In this document: in pieces, positions 39,856 through 50,765 of the stretch | How positions within the stretch are numbered: the first letter of the stretch is position 1 | Layout of the letters: the number at the start of each line of letters is the position of its first letter | Assembly (NCBI GenBank): GCA_963724295.1 | Contig: CAVRUC010000008.1 | Coordinates: 96,001 to 160,000 of the forward strand | Direction: 5' to 3' | DNA length: 64,000 bases | Source of the DNA: an uncultured Chloroflexia bacterium | GTDB lineage: Bacteria; Chloroflexota; Chloroflexia; Thermomicrobiales; UBA6265 | The notes under the pieces: model-generated | The model's input: the letters and a program-made list of their open reading frames with translations, nothing else | Database searches by the model: none | Told to the model about the DNA's origin: nothing | Position numbers and translations under genes: made by a program

Positions 39856-41863
39856 CTAGGCCACGCGGGTCCGCCAGGAGGCGAAGGCGGAAGCCGCAGC
39901 CATCACCATTGCCAGGAGTTGACCGATCCCGAGTGATGAACCCAGGCCCACGCCTGTGTCAGGAAGGTTCTTGGCCCCCGATTTCTCGGTGCCACCTTGC
40001 TCAGGTGCTCCTGATTGCTCAGGTGCTCCCGCGGGCGCAGCCTCGATCGATCGATCGGGGTTCGCTACGCCTGGTGCGGCCGGGGCGGCAGCTGGGGCAA
40101 CTGCCGGCACAGCGGCGCCAGGCGTCGTGACATCGACTGGACCACCTGTCCCGATGGGCAAGACATCGATCGCGGCAGATGACACTACGGGTAGCTCGGG
40201 TTGTGCTGCTCCCTGGAAGAACTCGATTCCAGATCCCGTGCTGGTTCCCGTTGTCGAGTTACCAGTCGTGGATCCATTCGAGTTGCCAGTCGTGGATCCG
40301 TTCGAGTTGCCATTCGTCGACCCGTTCGAGTTGCCATTCGTCGAGCCGCTCGTCGAGCCAGTTGTCGAGCCGGTTGTCGTGCCGGTTGTCTGACCAGTCG
40401 TCGTCCCAGTCGTGGAACCAGTTGTCTCACCAGTAGTGGAACCGGTTGTGGTGCCAGTCGTGGTCCCAGTCGTCGTGCCGGTGGTCTCGCCGGTCGTGGT
40501 CCCGGTTGTTGTTCCTGTCGTGGTCCCAGTCGTCTCACCAGTCGTCGTGCCGGTCGTCGTGCCGGTCGTTTCACCAGTGGTTGTCCCGGTCGTCTCACCG
40601 GTCGTGGTTCCGGTTGTCTCGCCGGTGGTGGTTCCAGTCGTCGTCCCCGTCGTAGTTCCGGTTGTCTCACCGGTTGTTGTCCCAGTGGTCTCACCGGTGG
40701 TTGTGCCAGTCGTCGTGCCAGTGGTCGACCCAGTCGTGGAACCGGTTGTTGAACCGTCCGTCGTTCCAGGGTTGCAGTGCGGGTTCTGATTTACCGCGTT
40801 GCCCTGGCTGGTGCACCCGGGAACATTGCCGTTCTCGTTGAGCGTATCGTCTCCATTTTCGCGGCCACAAGGCTCATCGCGAGGAGCGTTGCTCCCGCCC
40901 GCACAACCTACCCCACCGCCGGGTTGACCCTGATTGCCCGGAGGGGTGTTGCAGTCGGCTGTAGGATTTCCGGTGACGCACCCAGGATCCGGGTTGCTGT
41001 TCCCGTTGCCGGTGGTGCCACCCGCGTTGCCGGTGGTGCCACCCGCGTTGCCGGTGGTGCCGCCCGCGTTGCCGGTGGTGTCGCCCGCGTTGCCGTTCGT
41101 GCCGGTCGAGTTGCCGTTCGCGCCACCGGAGTTGTCGTTAGGACCGCCCGTGTCGTTGGGGCCACCGGGGTTACCGTTGGTGCCGCCCGGGTTGCCGTTT
41201 CCGTTTTCGTTGCCGGGGTTATCCGAGACGCCGCCGGTGCTGTTGCTCCCGTTGTCGTTCTGGTCGTTCCCGTTGCCGCCGGGGCCACCCGGGGTGTTGT
41301 TCGGGGTGTTGTTTCCGTCCTCGTTCCCATTACCGTTGGGGCCGCCTGCGTTGTCGTTGGCGCCACCCGGGTTGGTGTTTCCGTTGTCGTTCGCGTTGTT
41401 GTTGCCGTTGCCAGCGGAACCGCCGGCGTTGTTTTCGTTGCCGCTGTTGTTGCCGTTGTCACTAGGCCGCCATTGTTGTTGCCGTTGGCCGTCGCTGGGG
41501 CTGTTGTTGTTGCCGTTGTTCGCCGTTGTTCCCGTCATTGCTCGACTTAGCCGCGTTGTCGTTCTCCGCACCACCGCCACCGTCGTTTCCGCCACCCGCC
41601 TTCTTATTATTGGGCTTGGCAGCGACGATGAACTCAGCTCGCGTGGTCACCGATTCACCGGTTGCCCCGCCCACGGCAAGGTCGGGCTGAACAGACAGGT
41701 GGCTCTCGCCCACAGCCGCTTGCGCTATCTGCGGTCCAAAAGGTCCCCCTGGTAGCCCGATGGCAAGCGCCAACGCGGCGGTCGCTAGCAGTCCAGGAAC
41801 CTTGTTCCATCCTCGAGCCGCCCCCGACGGCGGCCTCCCCGTACTCCGTGCCGAACTCTTCAC
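39856..41863 (-). CDS. Large low-complexity (N/G/T-rich) secreted surface protein with LPDTG anchor; frameshift near 41520
   Basis: GGAGG RBS plus GTG; signal-like segment in the 41462-41875 frame; LPDTG, TM helix and WRTR tail. Confidence 0.8.
40244..40763 (-). repeat. Coding tandem repeat of TTG(T/E/S)-type units, about 170 aa
   Basis: Degenerate 12/15-nt repeats with variable third codon positions. Confidence 0.9.
41005..41088 (-). repeat. 4 x 21-bp coding tandem repeat (AGGTTGN)
   Basis: gttgccggtggtgccacccgc repeated four times with minor changes. Confidence 0.9.
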
Positions 41864-41979
41864 AGCAACCTCCAAAACTTCGATATCTGCCGATCCACGA
41901 CTACCTCCGCGCCAAGCACCCTGCCCTCAAAGCCGTTCGCTCACCGGATGTCCCGCACATCCGTAGCGGTAGCTGGGTG

Positions 41980-41994
41980 GCAAGTTCCATGCCA
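41980..41994 (-). promoter_or_regulatory. Sigma-54 (-24/-12) promoter
   Basis: TGGCATGGAACTTGC with GG-N10-GC; AT-rich tract upstream. Confidence 0.6.
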
Positions 41995-43106
41995 CGTAAT
42001 TAGGCAACTCGCGGGCATTTAATTATTTTGAACATGAACTATCGCCATCAGCTACTTGCTGATAACGTCTTTCGGCGTTTCTTCAGCACTTCATTAAGTG
42101 CGAGTTTTATGGGACTGGCATTGGTCGCAGCCGGCTTGGATCAGTTCTTCTGGCGGTCGCTCTCGGTGTTGCTGACCTGCCCTGTCTGATCTCCCGAGCC
42201 TTCAGAGCCCTTATTCGGCCATGCGACGGCTTGTGCCACTCGCCGTTCCCACTCACCGAAGAGTCGCTGATGAGCGAGAGGCGGGCATCGACACAAGGGA
42301 GCGAATTCGATCGGTCCGAATGCGGGATCGATCCCTACTCCATATGCTGGATCGAGCCCTACTCCTTTTGGAGTAGGGCTCGCAGTTCGAGCGCGGGGAG
42401 TGATGCCTTCAGCCAGCTAAAGGGATTCGTTTTCGCTTGGTTGCGGTTACTTCGTGACAGTGGTGACGAGGTCCACGGTTCCCGGACTCGTCCGGTGGCC
42501 GCTAATGAGCCTGTGCAAAACCCACCTCAGCCACCACAGATAGGGAAATCTGGAAGTCCACTCCAGCAAAGGAGCTAGGACGTTCAAACGGCAGGGACGC
42601 ACGTCTCCATCGATGTCCCTACTCCGAGGTTCATCTTGCACCCGGGGCATACAGAGGCTGTCGTCCTTCCCGCAGTTGCCGACGTCGGCAGTGAACTCCA
42701 CCTGGCTGTAGCAGCTTCACCTGCCTGGTGAAGGGGCAGCCAATGACCTCGTTGTTGCTACGCAAATGGTGATCGTGCAGTGGGTCCCGCCAGTGGGAGC
42801 CCCCCTAGCACGGCCGTGCCGGCGTCACGGCTCGCCCTCGCCTGGACAGGTCTTGCGCGGGGCGGCTTAGCAGCGTTTCAGCCCCGACAGCAGCGGGAGC
42901 GGATCAAACACGGCAGGCTGGCCACTACAAAACCGCGTGACCGACGGCCAGCCGCCTTCTTCGGAGTGCTCGGCCAAAGGGCGCCAACGCACCGACGAAG
43001 TCGACATCGGTCACACATTCGTCGTCGACGACGCGCTTGACGCCCACTGCTCTCCGCGCCTCCTGCTTCTCGAATCAACCATCCTGCCACGCGGTCGCAG
43101 ACTCGC

Positions 43107-43679
43107 TCATGGCGAGCCGGCGGCTTTGTATCGCTCGGCGAGCGTCGCCTTATCCTTCTTGCCGGGGAACTTGCGCCTCCCACTGTCTGCGGTCATACAG
43201 GTTCTGCGGCCTTTCATATGCCCTAACCCGAGCGTGTGACCAAGTTCGTGGCAGACAACGCGGTAGCGCTCGAACTCCGACGATGGTCCGCCCTCCTCGA
43301 TGAGGGCGTAGCCGCGGACAATAAGGCCATTGCTCGCGTACATGAATCCCTGTCCCCAGATGTCATTGCCGCCAACCGAGGCGGTCGAGCAGACCCAGAT
43401 CTCGCGGAGCGAGACGTTATTTGTCTCAAAGTCGCCGATTGCGTCACAGTCCCTTGGTCCGCCATTGACATACTTCAGAGTCGTCCCGCCGGGCATAATC
43501 GCCGACCATGCGGCGACCTCCTGCTCGACAATCCCGTTGAAGGTGTTGCTCGTGTAGTCGCGAACCGTAATTGTCGTTCGACCAGGCCAGACCCAAGGCC
43601 CAGACCCGGCGACCGCAGCGAGCGGAAGTAGGACGGTGGCGACAGCGATCACAAAGACAGACCTGCAACGTCGCGCCAT
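43107..43679 (-). CDS. Secreted metzincin (matrixin-like) metalloprotease
   Basis: Signal peptide; HELGHTLGLGH and Met-turn TCMT. Confidence 0.8.
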   Translation of the reverse strand: MARRCRSVFVIAVATVLLPLAAVAGSGPWVWPGRTTITVRDYTSNTFNGIVEQEVAAWSAIMPGGTTLKYVNGGPRDCDAIGDFETNNVSLREIWVCSTASVGGNDIWGQGFMYASNGLIVRGYALIEEGGPSSEFERYRVVCHELGHTLGLGHMKGRRTCMTADSGRRKFPGKKDKATLAERYKAAGSP

Positions 43680-44804
43680 CGATTGGGCGTTTCGCTGGCT
43701 GGTTTGTGCGTCGAACACTTGATGCGCGGTGCTGTGGCACCCAGACCCCGGTGAAGCCCGTCCGACCAAAGACGGTCGAAACGGCAGTGAGGCGCGCCGG
43801 TAGGTAGCGTTGGCTGAGGCGGCCGCTCTCGGACGTGCCGAAACAGACCGCCGAGCGATCGAGATCCACTGACTTCCCTCCAGTTGCCGGAACCCATCCC
43901 TGTGTTCCGTCAAATGTCCATGGACCTGTACGTACAAGATAAGCGTCTGGATGTTCCCTGTTGCGGAGAGCCGCGCATTTCCGGACCTGAAGGCAGCGTT
44001 CCTTCCGCCTCTAAAGCTCCTTCGGTGGGAGCGGTCTAATAGTTATCTGGGGGTCGTAAGGGACACGTGCTTGGCTCCTTCCACGCGCTCACGACTGCGG
44101 CCGTGAAGTTAGGAAGCGCGGCATTGATCGAACTTGGGAGAACCTGCGGCTCCCTTTGGCGAGTGGTGAGGCATTGCCTGCTGGGCCAGAATCGGCGAAG
44201 CGAGGCGCGCTGGGGGGATCGTGCAGCGCACTGAGGACTGGTGGCCGCACTAGCAGATCGGATTATGGTGGGGCGTCAGGCATGGCACGGACCGAGCGGA
44301 GGCACGGCGTACTCCACCGAGTGAGTGCTAGCGGCCACACTGCGAAGCTCCAGTCAACCTCACTGCGCGCTCCGCCTCGCGGCTGATCTGCTGGTATTGC
44401 GTGCATGTGACTACGGTGCGGTGACCAAGCCGTAGCCTTGGAGACGACACAATACGCCAATAGATTTCGAAGAATATACGAAAGTGTCGGTTTGGCAGCA
44501 CTCTTGTGCCGCTATTCACAGTTGGTAAACCAACACGGATCGCCGATTGTGCTGTCAAAACGCTGCTAAAGCGCTATCCGGCGGGTTTTTCTTTAAGCGG
44601 CGCTCAACGAAAGATCGTTCCTTTGGTGTTGCCAAATATCGCTAATTCATAGTCTCGTGATCACCAACACTTTTCGCACTTAGATTTGCAGCAGCGCTCA
44701 TCGTGATGATGTCCCGGGGCTGTTATTAATGGCATACATCACGCATGGAATACTGTCCTGGCCCTATGGGAGGGCAGTAACGAGAAGACCGGTGTGGGAC
44801 AGAA

Positions 44805-45140
44805 ATGCCTGATTTGACATCGGAAGGCGAATATTGGGGCTTGGTGCACCGGCTCATGATCCATGGGTGGTACCGGACCGGGCAGGGGCCAGCGGATGAT
44901 TTCGAGCGCACCCAGTGGGGCTTCCGGGAGGGACACCTACGTGATGTCCCATCCTCGGCCCCGTTATGGATTCCCGCGCGCGACGAGTGCACTGCTATGC
45001 GCATCCTCCTCAGGGAGGTTGAGAGTGCCCTTGCCAACCGAGCGTCACAGGTCACCTATGCGGCAAACACCTCGCTGAGCGATCCGGGGATCCCGAGTGC
45101 TGGTCGTGAGGGCACATCACACGATTTCGCTTCGCCGTAG
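44805..45140 (+). CDS. Hypothetical protein
   Basis: Plausible globular composition (HGWYRT...WGF...ARDE.TAMR.LL); no family recognised. Confidence 0.45.
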   Translation: MPDLTSEGEYWGLVHRLMIHGWYRTGQGPADDFERTQWGFREGHLRDVPSSAPLWIPARDECTAMRILLREVESALANRASQVTYAANTSLSDPGIPSAGREGTSHDFASP

Positions 45141-45466
45141 TCTCGCCGCCTTGAGGCGCGTCGCAAAGCGAAATCGTGGCGACACTGTCACGCATTTCAT
45201 CCCAAGCGCCATAGTCCGTGAACGGATACGTACCCAAGGGGACGTATTCGTCTGCGCGTCAGTGATTGACGACGTACCATGAACGCCGACGGCGCCTGAT
45301 CCTCCCGATGAAGACGCTTCGTACCAGGCACACGGGACGAATTACATACGTGCCGTAGAACGAGCCCCTGGATGCTCGCGCGCTCGCAGCGACCTGGCAG
45401 TACTGATTGCCGTGAGCAGACAGAGCGTCGAATGTCAGCATGTTGTGACCGCGTGGAGGGGCTGAT

Positions 45467-48085
45467 ATGTGTCCGTTGAAGACCAACGAAGCCCTACTCG
45501 CCCATCTCGTACAGAACAGCCCCGTGGCGATTGTCGTAAGTGGGCTCGCAGACGGGCTGATCCTCGACGTCAATGACAGCTTCTTGCAGCTCACCGGGTA
45601 CTCCCGGGACGAGGTGATCGGGCAGACATCGGTCGGCCTCGATCTCTGGTCCGATCCCAGGCAGCGCGCGCAACTGAAGGTCTTGCTCAAGAGCGGGCAA
45701 CCGGTGCGCGATTTTGAGGCCGCTGTCCGTATCAAGTCCGGCGCTGAACGTCTGGTGCTGGCAACGGTGTCGCAGATGGAGCTCGACGGCCGCTCCTACC
45801 TCGTAACGCAAATGAATGACATCACCGCTCAGCGCCATGAGCAGATCCAGTTTCGAGCGCTGGTTGAACAGATCCCGGTCATTACGTATGTGGGTGCACC
45901 GAATGATCTGATGACCTTGACCTACATCAGTCCGCAGTGCGAGGCGATTCTTGGGTACTCACCGGACGAAATTCTGGCCGGTCAACCGAGCTTTCTGGCT
46001 CGTCGGACCCACCCGGAGGACAGCGCGCAAGTTCACACCGCGGCGGAGCAAGCAAGGCGCACGTCGAGTCTCTTTTCTGCAGAGTACCGATTGCAGGCAC
46101 CTGATGATCGCTGGATTTGGTTGCGGGACGAGGCTGTGCTCGTGCCCGATCCGCTGGGACGTCCTCTCCACTGGCAGGGTGTTCTTGTGGACGTCACGGC
46201 TCGCAAGACCGCGGAAGCTGCGCTGCGTCACAGTGAGGAGCGGTTCCGGGCTCTGGTGCACAATAGCTACGATGTCGTCATCGTGCTCGACTCCGCAGGC
46301 ACTCGCAAGTACATCAGCCCCTCAATCGAGCGGCTTCTTGGCCACGCGCCAGACGATCTGCTTGGTCGCAGTCCAGAGGACCTCGTCCATCCCGACGATA
46401 TGCCCGCGCTGGCGGAGGCAATCGAATGGTGCATGCGTGGGGTCCAGGAGACCCCAGCTTTCGAGCTGCGCTTACGCCATCGTGATGGAGGCTGGCGCCA
46501 TTTCGAAGTGATCGCTACGAATTTGCTGGATGAACCGAATGTTAGCGGGATCGTACTCAATTCTCGTGAGATCACCGCTCGCAAAGACGCGGAGACTGCC
46601 CTGCGCGAAAGCGAGGAACGCTTTCGCGCGGTCTGGGAAGCGACCTCGGAGGCAATGGCCCTCGCCGATCTGGATGGGGTCGTAATTGCCGTCAATCCCG
46701 CCTTCTGCGCGCTCTACGAACTGACCCCGGAGCAGGTGGTCGGACAGAGCTTCGCCGTCATCTTTCCGGAGGAGACGCGGGTCGCGGCGGTCGAGCAGTA
46801 TCACGCCCTCTTTGCAGATCCCAACCCGCCGCCGAACTTCGAGTGGCGGGTCCAACATGCTGACGGCAGCGAGCGGTTCGTCGAGGCCCGCGCCGACTTC
46901 CTCGTTCGCGATGGGGAACGGGTGGCGATGATCGCGGTAATCCGGGACGTCACTGAGCGGCACGCCGCTATGTCGGCACTGCGAGAGAGCGAGGAGCGAT
47001 TCCGTAGCTCCTTCGACCACGCTCCTATTGGTATGGCGCTCGTCGCGCTTGACGGCCGGTTCCTCCAGGTCAATCGCGCCCTGTGCGAGCTGGTCGGTTA
47101 TACGGAGCAGGAGTTGCTCGGCAAGTCCAGCCAGGACATCGTCCATCCGGACGACCTGGAGGATGCTCTCGAGATTCACAAACGGCTATCCGCCGGAGAC
47201 CTTGACACATACCAACTGGAGCAGCGGTATCTCCGCAAAGATGGACGCTTCGTCTGGATCCTGCTAACCGGATCGGTGGTCCACGAACGTGGTGTACGGC
47301 ACTACAGCATCACCCACATTCTCGACATCACGGACCAGCGGCACCTCGAGATGGATCGTGCTGTGATGCTCGCCAGTGAACGCGAATACAACCGGCAACT
47401 CCGCGCTTTAGCGGAAATGCGGGCCGATCTAACGGCTATGGTTGCGCACGAGTTGCGTGCGCCGGTTGCCGCATTGCGCATGATGACGTTTCTCTTGGCG
47501 GGTGGTGAACTCTCACCTCAGGACGAAGCGCAGATGTTTGCGACGGTCAAGGGCGAGATCGAGCAGCTTGATCGCCTTGTCGATGACATCGCGGCCGTCA
47601 CGGTCGCTGAGCGAGAAGACTTCTCGGTGCAGCTCCATCCAGTCTCGCTCGCCATGCTCCTCGATGGCGCGCAGGCCCTCGCTCCTGGCATGTTGGCTGA
47701 CCACGATATCACCGTGCGGCCAGCTCCGGAGGAGCTGGTGTGGTGCGATCCCGAGCGTATTAGCCAGGTACTGCGTAATCTGCTGCAAAATGCCGCCAAA
47801 CACACGCCGCCCGGCACCGCCGTCGAGCTGCGCGCTCATCGGGAGGGACGGCAGGTGCGCATCGAGGTGGCCGATGATGGACCCGGGGTCGCCCCGGAGT
47901 ATGCCGACCTCATCTTCGAGAAGTTTGCGCGCGGCCCCTCCGCGGCAGCACACCAAACGTCTGGAGCAGGACTCGGTCTTTACGTATCGCGCCAGATCAT
48001 GCGGGCGCATGGATCCGATCTCACCGTTGAGTCAACGCCAGGGGCAGGAACGGTGTTTGCTTTTAGCCTGAAGGTAGCGTCATGA
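45467..48085 (+). CDS. Cytoplasmic multi-PAS sensor histidine kinase
   Basis: Five PAS/PAC repeats joined by ALRESEERFR linkers; AHELRAP H-box; NLLQNA.K, DDGPG, GLGL. Confidence 0.95.
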   Translation: MCPLKTNEALLAHLVQNSPVAIVVSGLADGLILDVNDSFLQLTGYSRDEVIGQTSVGLDLWSDPRQRAQLKVLLKSGQPVRDFEAAVRIKSGAERLVLATVSQMELDGRSYLVTQMNDITAQRHEQIQFRALVEQIPVITYVGAPNDLMTLTYISPQCEAILGYSPDEILAGQPSFLARRTHPEDSAQVHTAAEQARRTSSLFSAEYRLQAPDDRWIWLRDEAVLVPDPLGRPLHWQGVLVDVTARKTAEAALRHSEERFRALVHNSYDVVIVLDSAGTRKYISPSIERLLGHAPDDLLGRSPEDLVHPDDMPALAEAIEWCMRGVQETPAFELRLRHRDGGWRHFEVIATNLLDEPNVSGIVLNSREITARKDAETALRESEERFRAVWEATSEAMALADLDGVVIAVNPAFCALYELTPEQVVGQSFAVIFPEETRVAAVEQYHALFADPNPPPNFEWRVQHADGSERFVEARADFLVRDGERVAMIAVIRDVTERHAAMSALRESEERFRSSFDHAPIGMALVALDGRFLQVNRALCELVGYTEQELLGKSSQDIVHPDDLEDALEIHKRLSAGDLDTYQLEQRYLRKDGRFVWILLTGSVVHERGVRHYSITHILDITDQRHLEMDRAVMLASEREYNRQLRALAEMRADLTAMVAHELRAPVAALRMMTFLLAGGELSPQDEAQMFATVKGEIEQLDRLVDDIAAVTVAEREDFSVQLHPVSLAMLLDGAQALAPGMLADHDITVRPAPEELVWCDPERISQVLRNLLQNAAKHTPPGTAVELRAHREGRQVRIEVADDGPGVAPEYADLIFEKFARGPSAAAHQTSGAGLGLYVSRQIMRAHGSDLTVESTPGAGTVFAFSLKVAS

Positions 48086-48753
48086 CTACGTCGCCAATTC
48101 ACCTCCTCCTCGTCGACGACCATGCCGCGTTCCGCCTGCCCCTGGCGCTCATTCTGGAGCGCGAGCCCGATCTGCGAGTTGCGGCTCAGACTGGTTCAAT
48201 TGCTGAAACCCGTGTCGTGCTGCCCGAGGTTTCGGGACAGATTGATGTAGCGCTCGTCGACTTGCAGCTCCCAGATGGCAATGGGGTCGAGCTGGTGCGC
48301 GACTTGCGCGTCATGAATCCCAATGGGCAGACGATCGTGCTGACGGCAGACACCGACAAGAGGCATCATGCGCAGGCGGCGGAAGCGGGCGCGGCAGGCA
48401 TAATTGTCAAGTCCGCGCAACCGGTCGAGATCGTCGATGCGATCCGACGGGTCCATGCGGGTGGGCTGGCGCTGCCAGCCAGGGAGATGATCGAGCTCCT
48501 CCGATTGGCGGGTGAGGAACGTCAGCGCGAGCAGGCCTCACAGGCGACGCTGGCACAATTGACACCTCGGGAGCGCGAGGTCCTGGCAGCGCTTGCTGAA
48601 GGACTCGACAACAAATCGATCGCGGAGCGGCTATTCATCAGCCCCGATACCGCACGCACACACGTAGTCAAGGTACTCGGCAAGCTCGGAGTCGAGTCCC
48701 GCCTGCAAGCCGCAATCGTGGCGATACAGCATGGCATCTGGTCGCCTAGCTAA
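48082..48753 (+). CDS. NarL/FixJ (LuxR HTH) response regulator
   Basis: LVDDH, DLQLPDGNG, LTPREREVL..LAEG.DNK.IA. Confidence 0.95.
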   Translation: MTTSPIHLLLVDDHAAFRLPLALILEREPDLRVAAQTGSIAETRVVLPEVSGQIDVALVDLQLPDGNGVELVRDLRVMNPNGQTIVLTADTDKRHHAQAAEAGAAGIIVKSAQPVEIVDAIRRVHAGGLALPAREMIELLRLAGEERQREQASQATLAQLTPREREVLAALAEGLDNKSIAERLFISPDTARTHVVKVLGKLGVESRLQAAIVAIQHGIWSPS

Positions 48754-48932
48754 CGTGCGCCGAGAATCTGGCGCACCTCTGAAAGGCCGAGCGGCAGCTC
48801 GGAAATAGTTCGTGTATCGCCGCGCTCCATCACCTTGAAAAAGAGAAATAGATATCGCCCGGAGTCATCAATTGCGGTCCTTCCTAGAGGAAGCGCTCGG
48901 CGACTTGCAGATCCTCGCGCAGTGCTTATGAG

Positions 48933-49038
48933 CTACGCCTGTAAAAAGCCCAACCCCAGCCGTGTCCGGGAGAGCCAGCCGCTGACCGATGAGGTGGTCG
49001 ATCAGTTCGATGTCGAGCGATTGTCCAGCGGCCGCCAT
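48933..49038 (-). pseudogene. radC: Degenerate radC 3'-end remnant
   Basis: AAGQSLDIELIDHLIGQ, then WLSRTRLGLGFLQA* after a shift; nucleotide match to 54692-54805. Confidence 0.7.
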
Positions 49039-49130
49039 CGTGCAGGATGCGGTCTTTCGCACCGAACTGGGAGAACGCGCAGGGCGTTGCGCCCGCACGT
49101 TCACTTCACTTATGCACGCCGCCTGAAGAC

Positions 49131-49158
49131 TTGACAGCGTCGACCGGCGGGCTATGCT
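49131..49158 (+). promoter_or_regulatory. Sigma-70-type promoter
   Basis: TTGACA-N16-TATGCT upstream of the 49250 gene. Confidence 0.55.
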
Positions 49159-49249
49159 GACGGCGTCGGAGCAACAACTGCCGCTGGTGACTCGTCTGCT
49201 CGGCAGCCGACTCCACCGCCGCGAGGCTTGCATAACCCAGGAGGACGCC

Positions 49250-50450
49250 ATGCATCCGAGCCAGTTCGATGCGCTTTCGCGGAAGTTGGCGGATGGGTTG
49301 TCGCGACGACAGGCAGTGACGCGGTTTGGCGCGGCCGGCCTGCTGGCCGGGCTCACCAGTGCCTTCGGTCGGGATCGAGCGGCACAGGCGATCCCGGCCG
49401 GGCAGGCGGATGCCCTCAGCGTTTGCCTCCTGGACATCGTCGCCAACGTCCGCCTCGGCCCCAGCGCCGGCGCCATTCTCGAGGGGAATGTGCCGGGCGA
49501 GCTACGCGGGGAGCTGACCTTCGAGATCGGCCCGGACGGCGCCGTCGACAGCGGCCGTCTTGCCGTGGAGGGGGGCCCGGAGCTTCCAGTCGTCGGTCAG
49601 GTGGACGGCCGGGCTCTTAACCTTCGAGTGGAGGTCGGCCCCGATCAAACAGTCGTTCTCGTCGGCACTGCGGCCCGGCCTCTCGACCGATGCCGGGGGG
49701 ATGTCGACGGGTTGCTGACGGGTCCGCGCGTCGGCGATCTCGGTGATTGGCACGCCACCGCGACATCGCTGGGTGGAGGCGAAGGACCTCCGCCTACGGC
49801 CACCGCGAGTGCCGCTCCCGGCACTTCCACCGCGACCCCGACGCCCTCGGCCGCGGCCACCGCGACCGCTCCCCCGGGTGCGACCCCAACCTCGACGGCG
49901 ACTGCGACGGCAACCGCGACGGAAAGCCGACCGCACGCCGACCGCCACGCCAACGGAAACCCCGACCGAAACGCCGACTCCAGCCCCAACGGAAACGCCG
50001 ACACCGCTCCCCATTGTCTGTCCGACGGGCACGACGGACTGCGCCGGGACTTGCGTCGATCTCCAGACTGATGTGGACAACTGTGGGGCATGCGGCAACG
50101 TCTGCCCCGAAGGGCAACCTGGTTTCGTGCGCGGATGCGCCGCCGGGAACTGCTTCTTCATGCGGGAGCGAGCGTGTGCGGAAGGTCTCTCCTCCTGTAA
50201 CGGGGTGTGCGTCGACCGCCAAACGGACCCGGCCAACTGTGGGGTCTGTGGCAACGTCTGCGCCGCCGGAGAGATCTGCTTCGGTGGTCTCTGTGCCCGC
50301 GACCATCGCTGCGGTGCGGGGCTCACCAACTGCAACGACGTCTGCGTCGACCTGCTGATTGACCCGGCCAATTGCGGGGCTTGTGGCCTCGTCTGTGCCA
50401 CGGGAGAGATTTGTTTCGGGGGTCAATGCGCCCGCGACAACCGAACCTAA
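49250..50450 (+). CDS. Tat-type secreted protein with P/T linker and Cys-rich CVD..TD..NCG.CG.VC (STIG1-like) repeats; frameshift near 49925
   Basis: FDALSRKLADGLSRRQAV leader; three Cys repeats in the 49743-50450 frame. Confidence 0.8.
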
Positions 50451-50524
50451 AAACGCGTCCCCACCGGCTCGCGCACCCCGGCGCCGGCAATCACGGAGGG
50501 GACCAGGGACGAATCATCGAACGC

Positions 50525-50559
50525 CGGTGCACCCCCGTGCAGCGTACCGGGGTGCACCG
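50525..50559. terminator. Intergenic hairpin
   Basis: CGGTGCACCCC ... GGGGTGCACCG, 11-bp outer stem. Confidence 0.5.
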
Positions 50560-50765
50560 TGATTGACGATGACCGCGCTCCCGCGGGTCTCCTGTTGTAG
50601 CGCTCCTACCATCGTTCACCACGTTGACGACCGGAGCGTGGTCAACAACCGGACACGGGCCAGTGCGTCCTCCGCGACACGGCTCGGCCACGGCACGCGT
50701 TGTGGTGAGCAGAAGCGTGCAATGAACTCCGTGTTTCCGGGCAGGAGCGTGTCGAGGAGCCAACC

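Noticed and set aside
40244..41088. Possible CRISPR array
   Set aside because: Repeats are contiguous, codon-degenerate and protein-coding, with no unique spacers and no cas genes
40412..41755. Plus-strand V/P-rich ORFs
   Set aside because: Antisense shadows of the Thr/Gly repeat gene, like most long overlapping ORFs in this high-GC window
44733..44749. Sigma-54 box TGGCATACATCACGC
   Set aside because: Correct spacing but lacks the TT before GC; too weak
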